NCBI GenBank assembly: GCA_030599585.1
Contig: JAUVNS010000001.1
Span: forward strand, 347,118 to 411,117
Direction of reading: 5' to 3'
DNA length: 64,000 nt
Source: Promethearchaeota archaeon
GTDB taxonomy: Archaea > Asgardarchaeota > Lokiarchaeia > Sigyniarchaeales > SOKP01
Shown: piece after piece, positions 38,776 through 47,869 of the stretch
Position numbering within the stretch: the stretch's first letter is position 1
Layout of the letters: each line of letters starts with the position of its first letter
The notes under the pieces: model-generated
Databases searched by the model: none
Told to the model about the DNA's origin: nothing
Seen by the model: only the letters and a program-made list of their open reading frames with translations
Made by a program: the position numbers and the translations under genes

Positions 38776-39918
38776 ATGAAAGTCAAAAGTTTTGAAGATT
38801 TAATTGAAGAAGTCCACAAAAAAGGGATTTGTCAACAATGTGGCGGTTGTGTAAGTTTCTGTAACTCCATGGATTATGATGTTATAGGATATAAAAAACC
38901 AAACTCGCCTCCAGAATTTATAAATGAAGGAAATTGTCTGAAATGTGGAATTTGTTATCACATATGCCCACAGACTCATGTGTTAGACTACGAACTCAAC
39001 AGAGCCTTTAATTTATTAGACTTTTCTTCGATGCCCTTAGGTAATACCAGCGAAATTTATTCCTGCCAGTCAACAGACTTTGATCTTCTACACCAAGGGA
39101 CAGACGGAGGAGTAGTTAATTCTTTGCTTACCTATATGTTTAAGGAAAAATTAATAGATGGAGCTGTAGTAGCTAAGACAAATGCGCCCTTCTCAAGAGA
39201 GCCGTTCTTTGCTGAGTGTAAAGAAGATTTAGTCGGAACATCGGGACTTAAATTAGGTATCTCACAGCAATTGGACGAAGTCCAAAAGCGCCATTCCTAT
39301 TCGAGCTCGCTCCCAGAATTAAACAAGCATAAATTTAAGAAACTCGCAGTAGTTGGAACGCCATGTCAGATTTATACCATTAGAAGCATGCAAAATCTCG
39401 GCATTATTCCTTCGCAAAATATTGAATATTGCTTAGGATTATTTTGTTACGAGAATTTTGAATTCGATCAACGAAAAGTAGAGAAATTTCAAAGGGAATT
39501 TAATATCAAATTCGAAGATATCGAAAAAATTAATATTAAAAAAGACTTAATTATCCAACTAAAAGGAGACAAAAACAGAAATTCTTTAATTCACATTGAA
39601 TTTGAAGATTTGAAAGATTATATTCGTCCAGCATGTAATGCCTGCAATGATTTTACGAATGTTTACGCAGATGTTTCGTTTGGAGGATTAGGTTCACCTG
39701 AACATTTTACAACAGTTATTACAAGAACTGAAAAGGGAAGACGAGCGGTAAACGATGCTCTTGAAAGGGGGATAATTAGTAATTTAGAATTAGATTCTGA
39801 AACCAAAAAGCATATGAAGGACCTTCTAATCGCACATTCAATTTCAAAGATGGCTCGAAAAGAGAGCTTTATGAAAAGTAAATTTGGACCTTTAAAGAAA
39901 GCTAAATCTACAGTTTAA
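38776..39918 (+). CDS. Coenzyme F420 hydrogenase/dehydrogenase beta-subunit (FrhB) family protein with N-terminal ferredoxin
   Basis: CQQCGGC, CLKCGIC, DGGVV, VGTPCQ, GLFCYENF, C..C.DF...ADVSFG. Confidence 0.9.
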   Translation: MKVKSFEDLIEEVHKKGICQQCGGCVSFCNSMDYDVIGYKKPNSPPEFINEGNCLKCGICYHICPQTHVLDYELNRAFNLLDFSSMPLGNTSEIYSCQSTDFDLLHQGTDGGVVNSLLTYMFKEKLIDGAVVAKTNAPFSREPFFAECKEDLVGTSGLKLGISQQLDEVQKRHSYSSSLPELNKHKFKKLAVVGTPCQIYTIRSMQNLGIIPSQNIEYCLGLFCYENFEFDQRKVEKFQREFNIKFEDIEKINIKKDLIIQLKGDKNRNSLIHIEFEDLKDYIRPACNACNDFTNVYADVSFGGLGSPEHFTTVITRTEKGRRAVNDALERGIISNLELDSETKKHMKDLLIAHSISKMARKESFMKSKFGPLKKAKSTV

Positions 39919-39988
39919 AACATTTTAGAAAAAAAAAAAAATTTAATTCCAAAAAATTATATGGTGATATAGTAAAAAGGTGTATTAA

Positions 39989-42016
39989 ATGTCTGATTTT
40001 ACGACCAATGCAAGAATCGGTGTTTATATCTGCAGATGAGGAGTTAATATAAGTAATAGCGTCGACTGCGATATTGTAAGAGAATACATGGAATTGCTCC
40101 CAGATGTCATAATTGCGAGAGTAAATGATTTCACATGTAGCGATCCAGGACAAAATATTATAAAAAACGATATTTTAGATCTGGGGTTAAACCGAGTTGT
40201 TGTTGCTGCGTGCACTCCAAAAATTCACGAATCTACTTACCGTGCTGTTTTAATTGAAGCTGGACTGAGCCCTTACTATTTTCAAATGGTTAATATTAGA
40301 GAGCATTGTTCTTTTGTCCATCCCAACGATATTAAAAAAGCTACTGAAAAAGCTATAAGAATGGTTAGGGGTGGTATAAATCGAGCTCGACAGTTAGAAG
40401 TTGTCCCATACAAGGAAATTCCGGTAAAAAAGGCTGCTTTAGTTGTAGGGGCAGGAATTGCCGGGATGAACGCTGCTTTAGATTTAGCAAACCAAGGGAT
40501 AAATGTTTATCTTGTTGAAAAAGAAGCAACAATAGGGGGAAAAATGGCTCAATTAGACAGAATCTACCCTACAGACGATTGTGGTATATGAGTTCTAGCA
40601 CCAATTATGGTTAGTACTTCAAAACATCCTAACATAACCTTACTTACATACAGCGAAATCGTAGAGTTTAGTGGTATTCCGGGGAATTTTAATATTAAAA
40701 TTAAGAAGAAACCTCGCTATGTGAATGAAAAAAAGTGTACGGGATGTGGTTTGTGTACTGAAAAATGCCCAATTAAAGTTCCAAACGAATTTAACAGGGG
40801 TATTGGCGAAAGAAGTGCGATTTACATTCCATTCCCACAAGCTGTTCCAAAATTCGCAACGATTGATAGAAGTGTATGCATTGAATGCAATAACTGCGAG
40901 AGAAGTTGTCCAGCTGAAGCAATTAAGTTTGACCAAGAACCCGAATTTATCGATATTAATGTTGGAGCCGTAATTGCTGCAACGGGATGGGACGAATATC
41001 CAATAATGAAATATAACGATTACAAATACGGCATTTATCCAGATGTTATTACTCAGATAGAGTTAGAGCGGATGCTGAGCCCAATCGGACCAACGGACGG
41101 ACACTTATATCGAATTTCTGATGGTAAGAAACCAAAAGTCGTTGCGATGATTCAGTGTGTAGGTTCAAGAAGTCTCAAAGGTAATCCATATTGTTCAGTA
41201 GTATGCTGCAGTGTCGCGCTTAAAAATGCTCAGCTGTTAAAGCAAGAATATCCAGACATGGAAGTAGTTATTTTTTACATAGACATGCGCACATGGGATA
41301 AGGGAAACGAAGAATATTATAGAAAAGTTAGAGAAGCGGGAGTCTTAACAATTCGGGGAAAAGTAGGAGCTATTCACAACGATCCAGAAACCAATAAACT
41401 CACACTTACAGCATCTGATACCCTTTCAAATCAAATTGTCAATCTTAACGCTGACTTAGTTGTTTTATCAACAGGTATGGTTCCTTCAAGACATTCAACA
41501 AAATTAATTGAAACTTTAAACCTAAACAAAGATAGCTACGGATTTTTAACGGAAGTTCACGGTTGTTTGAAACCTCAAGAAACGACCAATATGGGAATAT
41601 ACATATGTGGATGTGCTGCGGGACCTAAAAACATACCTTCTAGCGTCTCAACAGCTTCGGCAGCGGCAAGTAAAGCGGCTACATTACTTTCTAAAGACAC
41701 GATAATTCAAGAATTGGTAATTGCTGAAGTAGACAAGAACCTCTGTATGGGGTGTCAGAGATGCGAAAAACTATGTAACTATGGTGCTATAACAGTTGAT
41801 AAAGACTCTATTGCCCAAGTTGACGGTTTAAAATGTAAGGGATGTGGTGTGTGCGCATCTTCGTGCCCATCTCACGCAATCGATGTCAAGTATTATAGAA
41901 ACCTACAATTCGTCGAAGAAATAAAGGGAATTTGTAGTACTGAGCTTGAATACAAAGAAGAATATATTGATACGATTGAACTTATTACTGAAAAACTCAA
42001 TTCATTAACTCCTTAA
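39989..42016 (+). CDS. hdrA: Heterodisulfide reductase subunit A, 675 aa, with two in-frame UGA codons read as selenocysteine (U17, U201)
   Basis: ATG 39989 after AAGGTG. One frame: MSDFTTNARIGVYICR-UGA(40037)-GVNI... joins track ORF 40088-40591, then DDCGI-UGA(40589)-VLAPIM joins track ORF 40607-42016. Both UGAs fall on Cys positions of the HdrA motifs GVYxCxCGxNI and DCxxCILxP. Confidence 0.9.
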
Positions 42017-42024
42017 TAATTTAA

Positions 42025-42097
42025 ATCCGAAATAGGATGAATCTTTCAAAAAAATTATAGTTGAAAGAGAACTGACCCTCTGCAAGGGTTTTCGGAT
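42025..42097 (+). ncRNA. Putative SECIS element in the hdrA 3' UTR
   Basis: ATGA(42037)-A-TCTTTCAA / A-rich loop / TTGAAAGA-GA(42069), enclosed by ATCCGAAA(42025-32) pairing with TTTCGGAT(42090-97); side hairpin ACCCT/AGGGT. Confidence 0.7.
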
Positions 42098-42178
42098 ATC
42101 CAATTTTTAAACTTAAAAATAGGCCCTTTAAGCTCTCTTATGAACTTAGAAGAGCCCATATTAATATCATATAGTTAG

Positions 42179-42196
42179 ATAGGTTTTAAGACCTAT
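42179..42196. terminator. Short inverted repeat between the convergent hdrA and VWA genes
   Basis: ATAGGT-TTTAAG-ACCTAT. Confidence 0.3.
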
Positions 42197-42204
42197 TAAT
42201 AAAA

Positions 42205-43629
42205 TTAGTAAGCCAGCCCCTTTAACATTTGGACTGTTGTATATTGATTTTTTCCTCCCGTTCTTAGGTAGTCCATCGCTTCTTCTATTCCTTCTACTGT
42301 TAAATTATACATTGGGATGATGCTCGATATGATCTTCCTAGTCCACGGCACCCACTCCAACCGTATTAATTCGGGATTTAACCAAACAACACTGTTTTTG
42401 AAATGATTAGCAATTTCTCTGATATAATAGATGCCCGGCATCTCATTTCGATGATAATAATAAATAGAGCCAAATCTTTCCGTCAATTCCCATGAAGCCA
42501 TAGCTGCATCGCCGACAAATACCACTTTATACTTATTATCATATTTTTTTAAGAAGTCTTCAAAATCTATAGCTTCATCTGGGTTTCGGCTCCCACTAAA
42601 ATATAATTTATCGTATACGCAATTGTGAAAGTACAGGGGGACAAACTTGGCCCAGTGCGACATGTTGTTAGCTGCTGAGAAAAGAAGGTTAACGAGGTGG
42701 GCGTATGGTGACATGCTTCCTCCCACATCCATTAATAAAACCATTTTAACATTGTTTTTTCTCCGCTTCTCAAAAATTATATCTATATCACCGCCATTTT
42801 TAGCGGTCATATCGATCGTTTTATCTATGTTCAATTCGTCAAATTTTCCAATTTCCTCTAATTTCTTTAGGCGTTTTAGTGCGACTTTTATTTGTCGAGT
42901 GTCTAACACGATATCTTTTCTGTAATCAGAAAATATTCTTTTTTGGGCTATCTGAACTGCCATTCGCATTCCCGAAGAGCCACCTACTCTCATCCCCATT
43001 GGGTTTTGTCCTGAATTTCCAAACTGAGATGTTCCTTGAGTGCCTACCCAGTGGTCCCCTCCGTTATGTTCTTCGTCTTGTCTTTGCATGAGTTCCTCGA
43101 ACTGCTTCTGCATTTCTTCAATATTGAACATCTGACTTAACATTTCTTGAAAATTACCGTCCATTCCTGATAAGTCCATATTTTTTTTCAGCCAATCCCA
43201 GATCTCCTCTTTAACTTTCTCTGGGGCGTTTATCAACATATTTCCGTCTAAACCATCGTTGAGCTTCTGGAGAAATTCCTCTAGGAATTGTTGGAGGTCT
43301 TCAATGTTTAAATATTGTGGGTAATCTTTCAATAGAATTTTCAATCCCTCGATTAACTCGGGAATAGTAATGTCTTGGTTCAGCCAATCCCAAATCTCTT
43401 GCTTTATATCATCGGGAAATTTAATGACAGCGTTTTTAAAAAAATTAGCAAAGGAAATATCGTATATATCAAAGTGGTGTTCGTTCTTACATAAGATAGA
43501 ACGAGAGATATAATAAAACTCCACCATATTGTGGATAAGCCCTTTATTTAATGCTTCTATAAGAGCCATATATTCTGTTATGCTTACTGGTAATCTTTCC
43601 TTAAGATAATAAAAATATTCTACAAACAT
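42205..43629 (-). CDS. VWA-domain (CoxE-like) partner of a MoxR ATPase
   Basis: H.GG.HWVGT.GTS.FG..G, LMDVGGSM (MIDAS-like), YFHNC.Y, VGDA.M, VWLNP. Confidence 0.9.
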   Translation of the reverse strand: MFVEYFYYLKERLPVSITEYMALIEALNKGLIHNMVEFYYISRSILCKNEHHFDIYDISFANFFKNAVIKFPDDIKQEIWDWLNQDITIPELIEGLKILLKDYPQYLNIEDLQQFLEEFLQKLNDGLDGNMLINAPEKVKEEIWDWLKKNMDLSGMDGNFQEMLSQMFNIEEMQKQFEELMQRQDEEHNGGDHWVGTQGTSQFGNSGQNPMGMRVGGSSGMRMAVQIAQKRIFSDYRKDIVLDTRQIKVALKRLKKLEEIGKFDELNIDKTIDMTAKNGGDIDIIFEKRRKNNVKMVLLMDVGGSMSPYAHLVNLLFSAANNMSHWAKFVPLYFHNCVYDKLYFSGSRNPDEAIDFEDFLKKYDNKYKVVFVGDAAMASWELTERFGSIYYYHRNEMPGIYYIREIANHFKNSVVWLNPELIRLEWVPWTRKIISSIIPMYNLTVEGIEEAMDYLRTGGKNQYTTVQMLKGLAY

Positions 43630-43820
43630 TTAAGTTAAAATCAAAAATTTTAATTCTTCTAATTTATAAAATTAATTTACAAATATTAGCTTTCTCATGA
43701 TTAAAAAAATGCGGGTAGTTTTAGATTTTCTATTAGGAATAAATTAAATACACTAGGAAATAAAATGTTTAGAGATTAGAGTTGAAAAGATTAAATAGTA
43801 TGTAATACATATTTACATAT

Positions 43821-44051
43821 ATGAGAACGAATATAATAATTGATGATGCTCAAAAAAGCAAATGGTGGGAAATTAAGCGGGAAGCTGCTAATTTGAATAT
43901 GAAAATTGGTGACTATCTAATATTCTGTCATGAATTTAGAAAGAAAAACAAAGAAAAAGAGGTGTTATTAAAGATCTTAGAGACACCATTGTCAGGAGGG
44001 GAAAGTGGTATTGATACAATCAAAGCGAGTAAAAGCATGTGGAAAATATGA
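43821..44051 (+). CDS. Probable VapB-type antitoxin
   Basis: 76 aa, RHH-like N-terminus MRTNIIIDD, overlaps the PIN gene. Confidence 0.65.
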   Translation: MRTNIIIDDAQKSKWWEIKREAANLNMKIGDYLIFCHEFRKKNKEKEVLLKILETPLSGGESGIDTIKASKSMWKI

Positions 44052-44470
44052 GAGGAATAGACTCAAATATAATAGTTTACGCTTTAAATAGTGACTTACA
44101 CGAGCATAAACCATGTAAGGAGTTGTTTGAAAGGATAGCAGATGCGAAAGAATTCGCGGGAATTCCAAGTATAGTATTCATGGAAAGTTACCATGCTCTG
44201 GTGTATAAATTTAAGTTTTTATCTTCTGAAGTTAAGCATCGTCTTAGTGCAATTTTAGATTCAGAGAATGTAATTATTTATAACATATCTACTTCAACAA
44301 TATTATATGCTTTTGAAATTGCTAGTCAATATAAAATGGGGGGACGAGATTCTTTGATCGCTGCCAGTTTGTTAGAAAATGGTGTTAAGGAGATTTATTC
44401 ACACGATGCAGATTTTGACAAAATTAATGAAATTACCAGAGTAGATCCTATAAATAAAACCTCGTCCTAG
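44039..44470 (+). CDS. vapC: PIN-domain toxin (VapC)
   Basis: IDSNIIVYA, E, DSLIAA, YSHDADFD; ATG at 44048 is the likelier start. Confidence 0.85.
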   Translation: MENMRGIDSNIIVYALNSDLHEHKPCKELFERIADAKEFAGIPSIVFMESYHALVYKFKFLSSEVKHRLSAILDSENVIIYNISTSTILYAFEIASQYKMGGRDSLIAASLLENGVKEIYSHDADFDKINEITRVDPINKTSS

Positions 44471-44522
44471 CTGTTTAAAACTTAATCTTTGAACACATAT
44501 TGATATTAAAATGTGATAGATG

Positions 44523-44888
44523 TTAAAACCACATAGTAGCGTCGGCTTCTAACACCAAATCGTTCAATGTTGCTGCCCCAACAATTTTCAATCCTGGAAT
44601 TAACTCAACAGATTCCCAACCTAACATTCTTTTCGAAGCTTCGCAAACAAAAATTTCGATACCATCCGCAAGTGTTTTATCAATCATTTCCTTGAGCGTT
44701 GGGAAGTTTCCCGCTTTAATCTCCTCTGCTACACCAGGTTTTAGGATCCTTAATCCTTGACCTAAATAGTAAACAAGTGCTTTAACATCCATTGCTTTAG
44801 CAGTCTGTGCTAATACAAGTGGTGAATACTGGCGTTCAGGATCATCACTAGTTTGCACATAAAGAATATATTTTTCTTTTTCGCTTAT
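44523..44888 (-). CDS. DsrE/DsrF-like family protein, probably starting at ATA 44888
   Basis: QTSDDPERQYSPL.LA, YLGQG, IFVCEAS, VGAA. The frame extends upstream of GTG 44858 as ISEKEKYILYV (first beta-strand), with GAGGTGAGG just upstream. Confidence 0.8.
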   Translation of the reverse strand: MSEKEKYILYVQTSDDPERQYSPLVLAQTAKAMDVKALVYYLGQGLRILKPGVAEEIKAGNFPTLKEMIDKTLADGIEIFVCEASKRMLGWESVELIPGLKIVGAATLNDLVLEADATMWF

Positions 44889-45098
44889 AATTCCTCACCT
44901 CATTTTTAAAATATAATACAAATTGATAGTGTTTTTAATGTAAAGTAGCTCATTGCATAGAGAAAATCTAAACCTAATAAATCTCCTCTTTATAATTTAA
45001 AAAATAAATGGGGATTGTAAAAATAAATTGCAAGAAAATTCTCGCCAGTTCTTTAAACTAAGATAAAGAGTTGAGAGACTGGTTAAATAAAAACGATC

Positions 45099-45953
45099 TT
45101 AGGTTGGAAATTTAATTTTTTCTAAGGCAACCTCTATGTCTTTTTCCTTTTTAAGGAGTACACCTAGAAATGGTATGTTTCCTTTAAGTTCGTCTAAACT
45201 TATTCCACTTTTTAATAAAACACCGATCCAATCAAGAAGTTCTGATGTCGATGGCATTTTTCTCAGTTTAGTGATAGCTCTAAGTGCGTAGAAATGTTTA
45301 AGGCATTGATCCAATAGATTTTGCTTCAAATTAGGATAGTGAAGATTACAAATTTCTGTCATAAATTCCTTAGATGGGAATTCTATCCAATGAAATACAC
45401 ATCTTCGTAGGAAGGCATCAGGTAATTCTTTTTCGTTGTTTGAAGTAATAATTACAATTGGTCGCGTTTTAGCTTTTATAAACTCTTTTGTTTCTTTAAC
45501 ATAGAATTCCATAACATCCAATTCTTGTAAAAGGTCGTTAGGAAATTCAATATCCGCTTTATCTATTTCATCAATTAATAAAACAACTTGTTCTTCAGAA
45601 TCAAATGCTTCCCCAAGAGGTCCGAAAGAAATGTAATCTTTTACAGTGTCCACATTGCGATCGTCGCTTCCAAATCGACTATCGTTTAGTCTCTGAACTG
45701 TATCATACATATATGCGCCATCTATCGCTTCTGTTGTGCTCTTTACATTCCATATTATTAATTTTTTCCCCAAAGATTCAGCTATAGCATGAGATAACAG
45801 AGTTTTTCCCGTGCCAGGCTCCCCTTTTACCAATAAAGGGCGTGCTAAGGCAATAGAAACATTTACGATATTTCTCAGTTGAGGATCAGCGATATATTTG
45901 ATCCTTTCGGTATTAATATCTCCTTTAAACTGATTAAATCCATCATTAACCAT
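45099..45953 (-). CDS. MoxR-family AAA+ ATPase (CoxD-like)
   Basis: GEPGTGKT, LIDEIDKAD.EFPNDLL, LPDAFLRRC. Confidence 0.95.
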   Translation of the reverse strand: MVNDGFNQFKGDINTERIKYIADPQLRNIVNVSIALARPLLVKGEPGTGKTLLSHAIAESLGKKLIIWNVKSTTEAIDGAYMYDTVQRLNDSRFGSDDRNVDTVKDYISFGPLGEAFDSEEQVVLLIDEIDKADIEFPNDLLQELDVMEFYVKETKEFIKAKTRPIVIITSNNEKELPDAFLRRCVFHWIEFPSKEFMTEICNLHYPNLKQNLLDQCLKHFYALRAITKLRKMPSTSELLDWIGVLLKSGISLDELKGNIPFLGVLLKKEKDIEVALEKIKFPT

Positions 45954-46031
45954 AATTAATTGAAATAAGACTAAAATTAAATAATTTTGGATATTTCCAA
46001 ATTACTAATAAAAACTTAATTTTCCGGAACA

Positions 46032-47465
46032 CTAAGTAAAGTCTAAATCCTTTCTATGTCTTAGTTGACTGATGTTATTTTGCACATAAATAGATTCTAA
46101 ATTAGGTAGGACATCTTTATTCAATTTTTCTATTCTTTCCATGAGGTTCCTTCTTTGCTTGTATATCTCATTGCTAATAACTGTCTTTGGGTTTATGACA
46201 CTGTATGATCCATTAGTAGAGGTAATCCATTCTCGTTGAATTAGGCTATTAAGAGCACTTTTTACTAGATTTTTATCACTTTTCATGACCTCAGTTAATA
46301 TGGATTCACTTGCTTGCCCTAACGACATTAAAGTTGTGTAAGTTCTTATTTCAGAAGCAGATACATCTAATAATCCCATTGAGTCTAAAGTCTCTTTTTT
46401 GGGTAAGGTTATTTTTGTTTTCTTTCTAAAGGCATTTTTCTCAATTTTAAGATGATCGACATTATTGGAAGCAAAAATTTTATTTGCTTCAATTGCTTCA
46501 TTGAAGACTTTTACGCCAATATCTGTGCGCAGAATTACACTATTCCAATCATTACTATAGGTCCCTGCGCTTCCAACAGATATGTCAGCAAGTTCAGCAC
46601 TAAAATCTTTACAAAACTGACAGCTACTCCACTTGAATTGTTTCGTTTTTCCTATTGAAACTTGTTTAACTGACCCATCCTTCTTATATACATAGAACTG
46701 CCCTTTTGAAACATCGAATTTCTTTATAGTATTTAATGGTATTCCAAGTTCTCCTTGAACGAAGGTTTTCATTAGATCGTAAGTATAATTTGAGAAACAA
46801 TAAAGGCCTATAATTAATTTGAACTTTCCATAAACTTCTGAAAGAGGGGATGATAATTGCAATTTTCTCACTGCGTGGATTTGGCAAGGGACACCAACGA
46901 ATGCTAATTTTTCTAGTTTGAACTCCCTAATTGCTTCTCTGTAAGTAATTAATGTTGGTGAAATTGTATATTTGGAACCAACGCAAGATAATATTTCATC
47001 AGGAGTTCTCGCTATTACTGGTTTTGGAAACCATTTATCATCCTTATCTGTAAGTAAAACACCATCTATTAAACCTGATTCAAGAGCGTGAATTAATAGT
47101 GAAGAAACTACGCCTCCATTCTGAGCTCCCCTCAATACAGTTTCGTCGTTACTTTTTGCTGCTATTAATTTTTGATAGTGCCCTATTGAATAACTTTTAT
47201 TCGCATCACCATTGAACAATTCTTTTTCAAACATTTCTGTAGGAAAGTATGTTCTTGGACAATACCTAAAACAAGTGGAACATTCCGGATCATATTCTAA
47301 TAACTTTGGTTCCTTTTCGTTCATCCCAATTCGCGGACATAACGAGATACAAGACCCACAAAATACGCAGTTTTCTTTATCAATGACTAAGTCGCTTAAA
47401 TCTTGAAATCCTATATCAATATCGTTAGTTTGTAAGTAATTTTTTACTTCATTTTTCATTTCCAT
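46032..47465 (-). CDS. FrhB-family protein fused to a C-terminal TrmB-like winged helix
   Basis: CVFCGSC, QNGGVV, GSKY, VGVPCQ, IGLYC, CQFCKDF.AELADISVG; last ~115 aa: L.VSASEIRTYTTL..LGQAS...L......V...L.SL..REWI. Confidence 0.85.
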   Translation of the reverse strand: MEMKNEVKNYLQTNDIDIGFQDLSDLVIDKENCVFCGSCISLCPRIGMNEKEPKLLEYDPECSTCFRYCPRTYFPTEMFEKELFNGDANKSYSIGHYQKLIAAKSNDETVLRGAQNGGVVSSLLIHALESGLIDGVLLTDKDDKWFPKPVIARTPDEILSCVGSKYTISPTLITYREAIREFKLEKLAFVGVPCQIHAVRKLQLSSPLSEVYGKFKLIIGLYCFSNYTYDLMKTFVQGELGIPLNTIKKFDVSKGQFYVYKKDGSVKQVSIGKTKQFKWSSCQFCKDFSAELADISVGSAGTYSNDWNSVILRTDIGVKVFNEAIEANKIFASNNVDHLKIEKNAFRKKTKITLPKKETLDSMGLLDVSASEIRTYTTLMSLGQASESILTEVMKSDKNLVKSALNSLIQREWITSTNGSYSVINPKTVISNEIYKQRRNLMERIEKLNKDVLPNLESIYVQNNISQLRHRKDLDFT

Positions 47466-47869
47466 TTTAATTTTCTCCGTTTCTATTTTTCGTGATTTTC
47501 AATCTACTCAAGCTTCAAGCGCAACGAACCCGACAACGACCTTTTCAAAAAATATAATTTTTCAAGCAAACAAAACCGCGAAAAAGTATACAAAAAGATC
47601 AAGCGGATTTGCTTCGCTTATCTAATTAATACTGCTAAGATAATAATAATTATAGGTATAAATAACCTAGACAATCTTCTTGTAGCAGTATAACTTGAGA
47701 TCATTGTTATAACAATATATTAAATTAGCCTATTTAAACTTTTTCCCGATATTTCAAAATATTATAGAATTTACGGATAAATCTTTATTTTATAGATATT
47801 CACTTTAACCACCCTATTTTTTAATTCGGAAAATTTTAAAAGCGGGGTTTCTCTTCTAAACCTTGATTT

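Noticed and set aside
40088-42016. hdrA as two genes or a nonsense-disrupted pseudogene
   Set aside because: Both interruptions are TGA, in frame and on conserved Cys positions, and a SECIS-like hairpin follows; recoding explains this better.
44895-44903. ATG-AGG-TGA upstream of the DsrE gene as a Sec-containing N-terminus
   Set aside because: The TGA is part of the GAGGTGAGG ribosome-binding site, no Cys is expected there, and I saw no SECIS-like element downstream.
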